A stretch of DNA of 64,000 nucleotides, from positions 496,001 to 560,000 of the forward strand of contig CDRNVI010000054.1 in the NCBI GenBank assembly GCA_977017575.1, given 5' to 3'. The notes under the pieces are model-generated. The model did not search any database and was not told the origin of the DNA. It worked only from the letters and a program-made list of their open reading frames with translations. Source of the stretch: Paramoeba atlantica (taxonomy: Eukaryota; Protista; Discosea). Each line of letters begins with the position of its first letter. Position 1 is the first letter of the stretch. Made by a program: the position numbers and the translations under genes. Below, one piece after another: positions 36,165 through 47,927 of this stretch.

Positions 36165-36809
36165 ATGTTTGTCCAAAATGCAGACTCCTTGCCGCTACGT
36201 CTGGGACGTGTGGGTGCACATCTTCCACCGGAAACTCTGTTGGTTCAATTTCTAGAAAACGTTGATGCGCCACCAAGCAGCTTTTTTAAGACCACAAAGA
36301 TTTCAGCATGTGAGTGGTACGGAGTACATTGCAACGATGCACAAAAGGTTGAGAAGATCGATTGGCACGCTATGCACTCCGCACACCAGAACTCCTCTGC
36401 TATTCTCGGTGGACGTAAGCTACGAGGTACGCTACGTTGGGAACATTTGCCCGCAACGTTACTTGAGTTGCAGCTTTATACGAACTATTTAACTGGAGCA
36501 GTCACGCTAGACGCATTACCCAGGGATCTGCAGAGTCTTAATCTAGCTTCCAACACGTTTTCAGGAACCTTGGATTTCGCAGACTTGCCTAGAACAATGA
36601 TCTATCTTAACTTTTCTTTTAATGACTTCCAACGGGCTTTACACTTTGAGTGTCTTCCACAGGCCGTTCACGAGCTCAATTTAGAATGCAATGAAAACCT
36701 AAAGGGAATGTACGTCATAAAAAAACTGCCACGATTCGTTAGAATTTCTATTAGGGAGACAAGAATCAGAGCTATCAGAGAGCAGAAGGGGGCTTGTCTG
36801 ATTATGTAG
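36165..36809 (+). CDS. LRR protein, type B copy 2
   Basis: Protein identical to 21378-22022. Confidence 0.87.
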   Translation: MFVQNADSLPLRLGRVGAHLPPETLLVQFLENVDAPPSSFFKTTKISACEWYGVHCNDAQKVEKIDWHAMHSAHQNSSAILGGRKLRGTLRWEHLPATLLELQLYTNYLTGAVTLDALPRDLQSLNLASNTFSGTLDFADLPRTMIYLNFSFNDFQRALHFECLPQAVHELNLECNENLKGMYVIKKLPRFVRISIRETRIRAIREQKGACLIM

Positions 36810-37608
36810 CTCAGTGATAATGTACCGCCGGCTTTCGATCACGGGTTGAAAAACTTCAGAAACTGTAAATATGCTACTTTTTGGCGCACTATACACAAAC
36901 TACTTTTTTTGCGCATTTCTATTTTTTTCGAAGAAAAAAACTTTTGTCTGATTATATCACACAATAATTCAGAGGTCCGTAAAACTACAAAAACTGTACA
37001 AAAACTGATTTATTATGGTACTATTATTGAGGTTGAACCTTAACCGTTCAAGCACTATCTATGAAAACAATACGTGTACATATTTTTTGTGCTTTATCTT
37101 TTTGCTGGAAATTAGTTACAAATTTAATTTACAGTGATAACATCACTGTCAGTTTGTTTCTATATTCTATTTATATACTGTACGCCGAAGAAGAACTGAT
37201 TTTTCATTTTGCGGAAGACGAGAAAGAAGATTCTGAAGAGGAAGAAACTTTAGAACATTCCAGAAGATTTAGACAATCAATCCTCTAATCGATTTGATGT
37301 TTTCTTTTATCCTTATATTTTTCTTTTCTTTATGAAAATTATAAGTCTTATATATAATTTTTATATCTTATTAAGATTTAATTCTATATTTGTGGTCTAC
37401 AATTCGTTTTTTAAGATACATGTATTATAGAACAAGTTATATTTCGTGCAGGTCACTATTAGGTGCACGAGAATGTTTCAATATGCGTTCAGTTGTCATT
37501 CAATACAATTTGTTTTGGTCGTTACATTCAGATTATTGTTCAGAGTTTTCAAAAATTATTGTTCCTTTTTACGAAAAACGTTATTCCTTTTCCTTGCACA
37601 CCTACGTA

Positions 37609-37985
37609 ATGTTTGAGCGAAACGCGGATACGACACCGCTACGTCTGGGGCGTATGAATGCACATCTTCCAGCTGAAATTCTGATACTTCGATTTCTTGG
37701 AATCGTTTCTATGCCGTCGAGTAGTAATTTCAAAACCACTTTGACTCCAGCGTGTGAGTGGTACGGAGTACGTTGCAATGATGCACAAAATGTTGAAAGA
37801 ATCGATTGGCATGATATGAACTCGGCATGCGAAACATACTCTCGCATTATCCGGGGAGGCAATCTACGAGGTACGCTACGTTGGGAACATTTGCCCGTAA
37901 CCGTACTTGCGTTGGAACTTTACTCAAACGATCTCATGGGCGAAGTCAGGTTAGACGCATTACCCAGGGATCTGCAGCGTCTTAA
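37609..37985 (+). pseudogene. LRR-A copy 3, 5' part, split by the HERO insertion
   Basis: Paralogy ends at CTGCAGCGTCTTAA; the gene resumes near 42850. Confidence 0.88.
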
Positions 37986-38024
37986 AGATAGCGTCTTATA
38001 AAGATACAGTTTCTTAACTTGTTG
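37986..38024 (+). other. Spliced-leader-like 39-mer at the retroelement 5' junction
   Basis: AGATAGCGTCTTATAAAGATACAGTTTCTTAACTTGTTG, compared with the kinetoplastid SL pattern ..ACAGTTTCTGTACT..TTG; 39 nt upstream of the element ATG. Confidence 0.5.
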
Positions 38025-38063
38025 AATTATTTTCAATTTTGTACTAACTTTATCTTCCGAAGC

Positions 38064-41000
38064 ATGGCCTCCAATGTCACCTCACCGGCTCCCATCGCAC
38101 ACGACGGCCCCCCTGGAGGACCTGTCAGCGCGCAGCGACATCCCCAGAGCTTTCACTTCATCCAAAGTCGAGCGATGCCCGTCAAAATCCGCCCCTCGGA
38201 CAGCGTCACATGGTCATATTTCCCAGACACGCATGCCGCAGCCATTGCCCTCACAGAACGAGAGTTCTTCTCGAGTGTCCACATGGTTGAAGCCTCGATC
38301 GGCAAATCCTTGAAGTCGGAAAGCAAAAGAAGTGATGGTCTGATAGTACAAACGTGTACCACTCAAGATGTCATTGAAAACAACGCATGTGAACACCTAA
38401 AATACCAAGAAACGGGAAACCCAAGTCGCACGTTTTGTCACGCCAGCTGGAGTTCCGCCTACAGGGATTCGTTCATGCAGCTTAACGCAGTGTACTCCTC
38501 TTCGAACGCGCTCGGCAAAGCGGTCACGAAGAAATTATGTGGTAGTGACATCCCAGGATTACGAAAATTCCAAATCACACACGTAACTCAAAAAATACAA
38601 CCCATTGAACTACTACGGGGTCACCCAGAGATCACCTACGGCGCACCCTATAGGATCCGAGATGACTCTTACAAGGTGTCACCGCCATCATATGCCTCAA
38701 AACACGCTTCCGAACCACGTGCCCCATGCGCTCATAAATGCCGGGACAAAACATCGTGTCTTCACGAATGTTGCAATGTACGACACGAAGGATCTCTTTC
38801 GCCTAACATGTCTCTTCCCTCTCCGGAGGACGTTGCCCCTATGGAACCCTCACTTACTTCTCACAGAAGACCGCGCAAACACACATGCCGCGACAAAAGA
38901 AATTGTCTGCACAAGTGTTGCAAAGTGGGGGTCCCCATTACAGATGCCCAAAGTAGTCCTCAACCAGTGCTACCCCTCGTGGAACCACCCATAGCTCGAG
39001 CAAGTAGTCCACTACCAGCAGACTTATCCATAGACACCGATCAGCATACCACACCAGACATCGGACACTTCGAAGAGGTCAGGGATCCGGAGCTCCCGAC
39101 CGCAAATCTGTCCTCACTAGCATACATGGATGACGCCGCACACCACACACAAACATCAACCAATGAAGTCAATTATCACCCCTGTCGGCGCATAAGTAGC
39201 AACAAAGCTCAGTGCAAGCATCGATGTTGCAAAAATGGTGTCATACAACCTAGCACGGAGGTTGTACTCCGCGAACCCGTCCGTACCTCTCCAGACCTGC
39301 ACACCAGCAATGACAACAACACCCCTGCCCCAACAGCGCCTCGTCGCAACTGCGCTCATAAATGTAAGGACAAGGCAACATGTAAACATCAATGCTGCCA
39401 GAAAGGAGTTCTCCTCAAAGTCGCTGAAGTAGCGTACTCTGCCATATGCTGGACCACGAGAAATATACTGTGCCCTGCAATGGGTGATGCGGAACGCGCC
39501 GCAAAAGCTTCACTACCGCCCCCTCCACGCGCAACAACCTACCCCCCAGTTCACACCAACCCCTCGAATCGCTCGAGTCCAATACTGAGCCCTGTACGGA
39601 ATGCACCACTTGTCCACGCCCCACAACATGATTCTGCTTCTGTACGCCGATCCTCACCTTCTTTACCCCTTGTGCAGTCCGCAACAGATCCCACGCCTCT
39701 GCCTTTACCTTTACCTCCCCCACCAGAAGGAAACTGCGAACACACGATATTGCAGCGCATCCCTCGTGTCCGGCAAGTCCCGGCTACCCGACCCCGCCCT
39801 GTACTGCAGAACCTACTCGAAACATTCCACACAATAAATGGAGGTCGCGTTCTAGTCCGTTTCACAGAGGAACAGTGGGAGAGTATGGTTGCGAAGATCG
39901 AGGAGCGCTGCAACTCGTACATCCACCTGGCGCGAAACAAAGAGGACGCCCTGTCGCAGGCTGAAATACTCTCAGCAATCCTCGCTGTAACTGCATTCGA
40001 GGCCGCACGGGAAAATGATCCGACGCACGGCTTTCTTATACGGACCAGAACTGGCAGATCCCGAAGAAACTCACGACCCTTAGCCATTGAACGCACAGTG
40101 AAAGTACTCAGTCAACACGTTCGACAACTTAAACGTGCGTTAACGTTCATGAAGGGTCCTGCGAGAAACAAGCAACGAGGGGAAATAAAGGAAGCCGAAA
40201 AGGCACTAAAACAGTACATGGAAGAATCCAGTATGCAGAGGAAAGAAATCGGTCGACGGTGGGCTCTTACGCGATTCCAGCGAAATCCCTGGACAGCCGC
40301 GCGCGAATGCTTAGATCGCGTCGACCCATCTACCTCAGAAACTGAGACGTCCTACCCTACAGTTCCTGTACAGGAGGTTGAAAGATTCTTTGTGGGCTCA
40401 ATGTCTAGACCAGAAGAGATACACAAGATTCCTCCCGCAGAATTTACGAAACCCATTCCCCTTGATGAGATGCAATGGTCAGATATTGACTCAGACATGA
40501 TCCCAGCAGCCGTCGCATCCAAACGCTCTGAGGCTGCCCCAGGCTCGGACACTGTATCGAACGCGCTGCTAAAGCGCTGCGCCCCTCTCTTTACTCACAT
40601 GGCACAGGTGTTTAATGATGTCCTAAAATTTGGTGTATGCCCTCCAACCTGGAAAACTGCGGTCACTCGACTTATCCACAAAGGGGGCCCCACCTCAAGT
40701 ATGGAAAACTGGCGGCCGATAAGCTTGACTAGCTGCATTGGGAAGCTTTTCCACTCAATCCTCAGTCACCGTATCCTTCAGCATTCCCTGGATTCCAATG
40801 CCCTGGATACAACAATACAAAAAGGCTTCTTGCCGCATATGAATGGGACAGTTAAGCACACCCAGGTTCTTTGCGAGCTCCTCGAGCACCAGCGGCGCCA
40901 CAAAAGGCAATACGTGCTTGCCCAGTTTGATATCAAAAACGCGTTTGGATCCATACCCCATACAATTTTATTTCAGGCCTTAAAATGGGCGCGCGTCTCA

Positions 41001-42749
41001 CCGATCCTCATTAACTACATCAAAGCGCTGTACGAACGAGCGTCTATACAAATTAAATGTGCAGAAGGACTCACGAAGTCTATTGAGATAGGTCGTGGTG
41101 TATTGCAGGGAGATACGCTTTCGCCTATTTTATTCAACTTGGCGATGGAGCTAGTTCTGCGTTTTGTCCGTTCAAGTTGCCCCGAATACGGGATCACGTG
41201 GAATGCGAAAGAAATTTTTCTAAAAGCCTTCGCAGATGACCTCACTATTCTGACAAATACCCCCCAGGAAATGCAGAATGCTACAAACGCACTCGTCAAA
41301 GTTCTAAGCGATATTGGGATGAAACTAAACGTGAAAAAATGCCGGCTGCAACACATGGCGATGACGCAAGACTCTGGATATATGACACGCCGACCACAGA
41401 TCATGATCGGCACGTCACCTATCCCACACATATGTGATAATGGTAGCATATTTTTAGGCATGACGCTCGCACCCGGTGCTCAACAAGGCAAGACACTCTT
41501 TTTAAAACTACGAACCCGTCTGCGAGCCTGGTTGCGTAATATATCTTCCAGCGCACATGATCTTCCCGCGCGCCTGTGGATATACAATAACGGAATCATC
41601 TCTCGTCTGCGGTATTCCTTCGTCGTGAACTCATGCCTTACCTTCAATCACGTACTTCGGCTACAGCGATGCCCCACACGCGAAATTCGGAAATGGTTAA
41701 ACGTAGCGAAATCAGCAACTAGTGAGCTGTTCTATTCAGAGCATGGCTGGAATCTCATGAGTCTGTCAAAACTTTGGCTTCTTTCCACTGTGGGGACAAT
41801 GGAACAAATGGATAAATCGCGTGATCCCGAGGTCCAGCACGCTTTATGTGAGCGCATCAGGCGAGAAGCGAACAAAAGGAGAGCAGGATACATTCGCCCG
41901 CCGACGGATATGCACAGTACAAGCCATAGTAACGTCCGAAGACTCCTTGGAAGCGAATACGAGCGACACCTCACGGAAGCCGTCCAACGGCGTACTGCCG
42001 TAGCAGGACGATGGTTCAGAATCGCAACGGAAGCAGACCTTGCGAGAGACTTCGCCGCCGCCCTATGCAACCTTAAGAGTGAATCACTTTCGCGGTTCAC
42101 ATCCTCAGTGCTTACCGAGACGCCGCTCCCAACCAGGGGGTCTCTTCGTAGGTGGGGCGTATCGACACATGCGAGCGATAAATGTCCCATCTGTGACACC
42201 GAGACACAAACTACGCGGCATATTCTATCTGGTTGTAGGAAATCACTCGGACAAGGGAGGTATGCCCTGCGGCATAACATGGTACTACAGGCATTAGCGA
42301 ACTCCGTACAACGATTCTCCTCCACTAGTCAATGTCACTTCGATCTCCCCCACTTCCGCTCCACCCCCGCGTGGCTCACGAACCTTGATACTGAGCTACG
42401 TCCTGACGGATGGGTGAAACTATCTAACGGAGAAGAATACATTATAGAACTTACCTGCCCTTGGGAGGAGAACTTTGAGTTCGCGCACGAGCGCAAAATA
42501 GAAAAGTACACGAGTTTATATCACTCTAGAAAACTCGACCGTCCTACCACATTCCTATTCGTCTTCGAGGTGGGAGCGAGAGGCAAACTGCATATGTCGG
42601 CCCGAACGCTCAACTCTCTCTTCATGGGAAATGAAGAAGCGGTTGCAGTGTGTCGCCCAAATATGACGACTAGCGCTCTTCGGGGAAGTTTCATAATTTT
42701 CCAGCACCGCGAGAACAAACAGTGGATGGAGGTTAGTTCTGAGGAATGA
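38064..42749 (+). mobile_element. HERO-type RT+RLE non-LTR retrotransposon, family A; intact single ORF of 1561 aa
   Basis: ATG 38064; four Cys/His fingers, RT (WRPISL, FDIKNAFGS, GVLQGDTLSP, AFADD), CCHC knuckle, RPDG..IIELTCPWEE..HERKIEKY, FEVGARG. Confidence 0.95.
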
Positions 42750-42849
42750 GTCGCTGACTGTCAGGTGATTTCAACGCGTTTTGTGCGCGTAATATGGAAC
42801 TCCCATATTCACCGTCTAATCTCTGTAGAATATTTTCTACATGATAACA

Positions 42850-43136
42850 TATATATGGCTTTCAACGCGTTTTCAGGAACCTTGGATTTCATAGAGATGC
42901 CCAGATCCTTGACTCACATGAGTTTTTCTTGGAATGACTTTCAACTGGCTTTACACTTTGAGCATCTTCCGTGCGGCATCCACGAGCTTTTTTTACATCA
43001 CAATGTCAACCTACGAGGAACATATAACACGAATACACTGCCGCGCGGCGTTGTAGTAGGGACTCGCTCCTTGTGTATTAGGGACACGAAAATCAAATCT
43101 GACACAGAAAGGCGTGGAGGTTGTTTCATTATGTAA
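42850..43136 (+). pseudogene. LRR-A copy 3, 3' part (ends RRGGCFIM)
   Basis: AFNAFSGTLDF..LALHFEHLPCGIHELFL continues the LRR broken at 37985. Confidence 0.88.
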
Positions 43137-43524
43137 GATGAATTGTTTTCTTGTCGGATCCTGTTTTTGATTCCCACCGTTTTCTGACTCAATAATTTCC
43201 AATCCGTTGTTCGTTTCACTCGAGAACATACAGTATGTGTATGTCCTGTATGAGAAATCGTTTGTGGGTACAATAGTCATGTAAGCTTTGTGGTAGTAAT
43301 TTGAATTGTGCATATTCTGTATCCCCCACACTTACACGTCATTACTTTTCGTTGAGAGGTATTATCTCCCTCACGGCGTTCACGTAGTCCGTAAGTTCGA
43401 TCCTCGCTTTTCTTTTGAATATTTTTTTTTCTACGAGCACTTATTTGAAATCCTTGTACAATTTAAAATCCTTGTGCATTGTACACCTCCGGTGGGACTA
43501 CCTAATGCGGTGTCATGAGCCAAC

Positions 43525-44499
43525 GTGTTAGCGGACAAGGCCATACAGGAGTGTGCCTCAGAGCTGCTAGGAGGCTTCGAAGACCTGGAAAAGAACCCGT
43601 TTCACAGTACTCTCATGACGGGCGACCTTTTGGGGGCGAAACCTTTTGCGCAGCAAGCAGCAACTCTGTATTCTCGCACAAAAGCTGAGGTATTAGGGTG
43701 TATGGAAAGACGACGTTCTGCCTTGACAAGATATGAAGAGTCGAAGTCAGCAGTGCGAAGAGAAACCAGCGAACTACATCACGTCCATTCACTTCAGTTG
43801 ATGGACAAGAGAACGCGCAATTGGACAGAGGCGCGTAGGAATCGGGGTGAGTACTTCATGCGCGACGCAGAATGGCAAACAGCCATGCGTATGCGATACT
43901 TGATAGCACCTACTTCGGACCCTTTCGCACAATGTGAGTGCGGAGACATCCTCTCAAACAAAGATTTTGTTGTGCACGCCCTCGACTGCAATAAAGTCAA
44001 AGGCGACACTGCGGCCACTCGCCACAAACGTGTTAAGAATGCCTTCGTGCACTTGCTACGACAGTACGGATTCACTCCTGACAATCATGAACCCCGATTC
44101 TCTGCTGGTCAGGGCCCCGACGTCTGCTTTATGCTGGGAGGGAAGATATGTCTGGTGGACGTGACCGTCGTTAACCCCCTCGCCCCTTCATATGTTAAGG
44201 CCGAATGGGTAGCGCCTGGCAACGCTCTAGAAAGGGTGGAAAGCTTAAAAGGAAAAGCGCACAGTGACGTGGCGACGAAAAGGGGTATGCATTTCTACCC
44301 CCTTGCATTTACCGTTTTTGGTGTGGCAGGGAAGCGCGCCGTACTCCTCCTAAAGGAGATCGCAAGGTACACTCATGACAGGAAAAGTTTCCTGCGTCAT
44401 GCACTACAAGCCATTAATGTTGCTGTTAAAAAAGGCAACGCCGCGATACTATCCTCCGCGGTAAAAGAGTGGAGCTGTGCTAATTTGTTGCTGTGCTAA
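43525..44499 (+). mobile_element. CRE-like non-LTR retrotransposon, 5'-truncated (zinc knuckle + RLE)
   Basis: [52 protein letters not shown]. Confidence 0.82.
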
Positions 44500-44776
44500 T
44501 TTGTTTTTACACAAAAATAATATTTTTACTATCATTATGTATATACATACATGTATGTAAAAAATAGGGGTGATCAGAAACAAACATAAAACTGTATGTA
44601 TGTTGTTTTACGATTTTTTGTATGATAGTTTTTCAACGTATTTAGGCATGGATTTCCCTATGACAGTCCATTTATGGAACATAAATGTTCAGTATAAGAA
44701 TAATAACATTTTGTCACAAAACGAAAGTACTTTCATTGGGCGCTGTCCGAATTTTCACTTTCTAAATAAACAGGCT

Positions 44777-45376
44777 ATGAGTAATAGTTTTCTGGTACAC
44801 TTCATTTGCAGAGCCGCAGATTCTCCGAAGGGTACAACGCGTGCAGGTAAGGTCAGGGGCATGTTTCTCCCTCCGGAATATGAACTTACAAAGTTTATTA
44901 GTGATGTTCAAAATGTACACGAGTCGTGGAACACGACTACACCAGCATGTGAGTGGAATGGTGTGACATGTAGTGAGGAGGGTAAAGTTAGTCGCATTGC
45001 TTGGAAAACTCGAGGACTGTCAGGTATATTGCATTGGAGTTCGATACCACGTTCTGTAACATCAATCGACCTAAGCGACAACCAATTGAGCGGGAGCGTA
45101 ATTTTTGCGTCGCTTCCTCCTGGACTTGAAAGAATGTGGCTCCAAGAGAACATGTTTACAGGTGAGCTTCAACTTGACGACCTGCCACCTACCATGCGAA
45201 CTCTGAACATCGGTGCAAATCAGTTTACTGGTTTTGTTGATCTTTCATTCATGAAGGATTCAAAGATTACTGGATTTGATATAACGGGAAATACGAATCT
45301 CCAAGGATCGATTCCGAATGGCATTCAACCTAAATCTTCTTGGTGGGGCATTCCGGCTGATTGGGTTCAGAATTGA
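44777..45376 (+). CDS. LRR protein
   Basis: ATG 44777; RAGKV, TPACEWNGVTC, LRRs. Confidence 0.85.
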   Translation: MSNSFLVHFICRAADSPKGTTRAGKVRGMFLPPEYELTKFISDVQNVHESWNTTTPACEWNGVTCSEEGKVSRIAWKTRGLSGILHWSSIPRSVTSIDLSDNQLSGSVIFASLPPGLERMWLQENMFTGELQLDDLPPTMRTLNIGANQFTGFVDLSFMKDSKITGFDITGNTNLQGSIPNGIQPKSSWWGIPADWVQN

Positions 45377-45404
45377 ACATAAGGTTTCTATCGCTCCAGT
45401 ACTA

Positions 45405-45503
45405 CAGGGGGTGGCACAAAAAGGTGGGGGGGAGCAAAATTCGTATAAATCGTCCAATTTTGGAAAGTAACACCGCATTCGAGAGCTCTAGCAGAGATAC
45501 GTG
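45405..45503. repeat. Tc1-like terminal repeat
   Basis: TA|CAGGGGGTGGCACAAAAAGGTGGGGGG..GAGAGCTC; an inverted relative of 23195-23289. Confidence 0.6.
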
Positions 45504-45957
45504 CCATCTGATATTTTGCGTTTCCCGTGTTTTTATTTTTGTTTATTTTGTACAAAAACATTGTCTTTGGAACTTGAAATTTTATTCAATTAAAATAATA
45601 TAAACTATATATTAAATTACATAATCAAATTATGTATATTATTAAATTTATTATTAAAATTCAGTTTAATCGATTTTTTCCTTCTATTTTTACCATTCCG
45701 CCTCGTTATGCAACAGAAACGGGCTTATTTCAGTAACAAGGGTGTACAGTGGATTCATGGAGTAATTTGAACTGGATGTTGTTTATGTGTTCAATGTCAT
45801 ATTTAGCCACGAACGGTCCAATATTCGTGGACTCAGTCCCATTCCTTTAGAATTCGAAAAGACAAATTCGAATCTTCTCGTCCATTTTTCTTCATATTTG
45901 TTTCTCTCAAAGCATTTTTTGCTCTGCAACATCCCTTATACTCATTTTCCCAATACA

Positions 45958-46626
45958 ATGAATATTCTCATCTCTGTGCGCAACTCCGACAGTACATCGA
46001 CTCGTCTCGGACGTTTAAATGCGCTTCTCCCACCCGAGTATTCGTTAGTTCAGATTCTTCAAAATGTTGATCTCCCACAGAGTGACATTTTCAATAGCAC
46101 ATCGACACCCGCGTGTAAATGGTTTGGAGTGAGATGTGATCATAAAGGCAATGTGGTCGGTATCGAGTGGCGTAATATGGCATCGGCACAGCAACGCTTA
46201 ACATTAACCCAAGCTTTGATTCCAAATTTTTCTAGAGCTTTTAATCTACGAGGAATTCCACGGTGGGAGTATTTGCCCTCTACGCTTATTGCCTTGGAGC
46301 TCTACGTAAATTATGACCTTTTCGGTGAAGTTCCATTAGAGGTATTGCCGACTAAACTCGAATATCTAGATATCTCGGTGAACATGTTTTCAGGCATATT
46401 AGATTTTGCGGAGCTTCCCAAAAATATAAAGACATTATATCTACATGCGAACTGCTTCGAAAGAGTTTTGCACCTTGAAGATTTTCCACAATCTATATCA
46501 CGGCTATGTATGAGCAATATTATGAGCAATATTCTACACGGAGCATCATCTCTGCGACTTCCAAATGATCAACAATTTCTTTGGATGAAGGGTGTGAACT
46601 GCTCTAACGGTACCTTTAGGCCCTAA
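45958..46626 (+). CDS. LRR protein
   Basis: ATG 45958; RLGRL, TPACKWFGVRC, LRRs. Confidence 0.83.
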   Translation: MNILISVRNSDSTSTRLGRLNALLPPEYSLVQILQNVDLPQSDIFNSTSTPACKWFGVRCDHKGNVVGIEWRNMASAQQRLTLTQALIPNFSRAFNLRGIPRWEYLPSTLIALELYVNYDLFGEVPLEVLPTKLEYLDISVNMFSGILDFAELPKNIKTLYLHANCFERVLHLEDFPQSISRLCMSNIMSNILHGASSLRLPNDQQFLWMKGVNCSNGTFRP

Positions 46627-46649
46627 ACTTTAGGGTAATGGTACAGGGA

Positions 46650-46700
46650 CGCTTCTTCCTTCTCCCTTCTTCCTTCTCCCTTCTTCCTTCTCCCTTCTTC
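46650..46700. repeat. CTTCTTC/CTTCTCC simple repeat
   Basis: Directly visible. Confidence 0.85.
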
Positions 46701-46880
46701 CTTCTTCCTTCTTCCTTTATGTACGTGTCACGCTGTATGCGACCCACCTATATAGGCGTTCGTACAGTCTAAAGTAGGGTCCGTTTACAAGGAGGATCCG
46801 TTTCTTTTTAAGTCAGTATTCATTGTCCAAAGCTTTACGGATTCTTTGCAAGGGTTAACCCATAATTCGTAACCTCATTA

Positions 46881-47192
46881 CCGTATACCCCCCAGTAAGA
46901 GAATGGGTTTTGGGACTAAATGGCCAAAACTCTCTTACTGGGGGGGTATGCTTTTTCGGCCATTTTCCTCTTTTATCCCAACTTTGACTATTTTTTTCTA
47001 TTTTTTCTTGTTAAAACGTATTAAAACGCTTATTTGAGTTACCCCGGGGGCCCCCAACATGCAGACATCCACACCCCTACCCTCTATACGCCTCCTGTGG
47101 GGCTCCAGAGCCAAATGACTTTTACTGGGGGTCAGCCCAAAAAGGGCCAAATCTCTCTTACGGGGGGGTACCCTACTGGGGGGGGTATAAGG
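46881..47192. mobile_element. 312-bp MITE with TA flanks
   Basis: TA|CCGTATACCCCCCCAGTA ... TACTGGGGGGGGTATAAGG|TA. Confidence 0.85.
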
Positions 47193-47927
47193 TATACTTT
47201 AACCCAATATACGGTGCTTAAATTAAACTAAATCTCAACCACTCCGGCGGAACTATATTGTTTACCCTGGCGCAAGAGAAATCCAAACCACAGCCTCTAG
47301 TTTATGTGTTCTATATGAACTCTTATTAACGTAAAGTGAATTAAAGTGCGTACTTTTACGTTTAAATTTTCTTCTAGTTAGAAATTATAATCCAAAATGG
47401 ATGGACTCTCAAGCCGAGTGGGGGAGCAGTTAGTCGCTCTTAAATAGTAAGTCAACGGTGTTCGTTAAACTATTCCATCTTCATGATGTATAAAGCTTTG
47501 TTATTATGGTCTGAGAGTTTTTGATGTAGCACACATTCACCACCTTTCGACTGAACGTTTCATTTGTTAGTAAAGTCGGTGAACGTTTCCTAGAACCGAT
47601 GATTTGTATTCTTTCTTGAAATGGACAAACTTACAACTACTGTATATTGTCAAAATACGTAGAAAGATTACAACGACTCACACTTAAAAGAATTTGTCTG
47701 CTTTTTAATTGATGGTGCGTCAGTTTTTTTAGCCTTAGAGGGTAAAAATGCGTTTCGGTCAATATATTTGCTTTGTAGAATGAGGTGTAAGAAATGTATC
47801 AACAACAGAAAATTTAAAGGAAATAAACCAGAGGGATCATTAGTGGTACTACTGTATCCTAGCACTGTTGTTAACATAACAATGTCTCTTGTGTCACATT
47901 CTTAATTTTCGTGTTATCATTGCACTC

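Noticed and set aside
42767-42875. TTTCAACGCGTTTT present in both the HERO 3' UTR and the downstream target, as a TSD
   Set aside because: The first copy is inside the 3' UTR, not at the 5' junction; GCGTTTTGTGCGCGT is also in the other copy's UTR.
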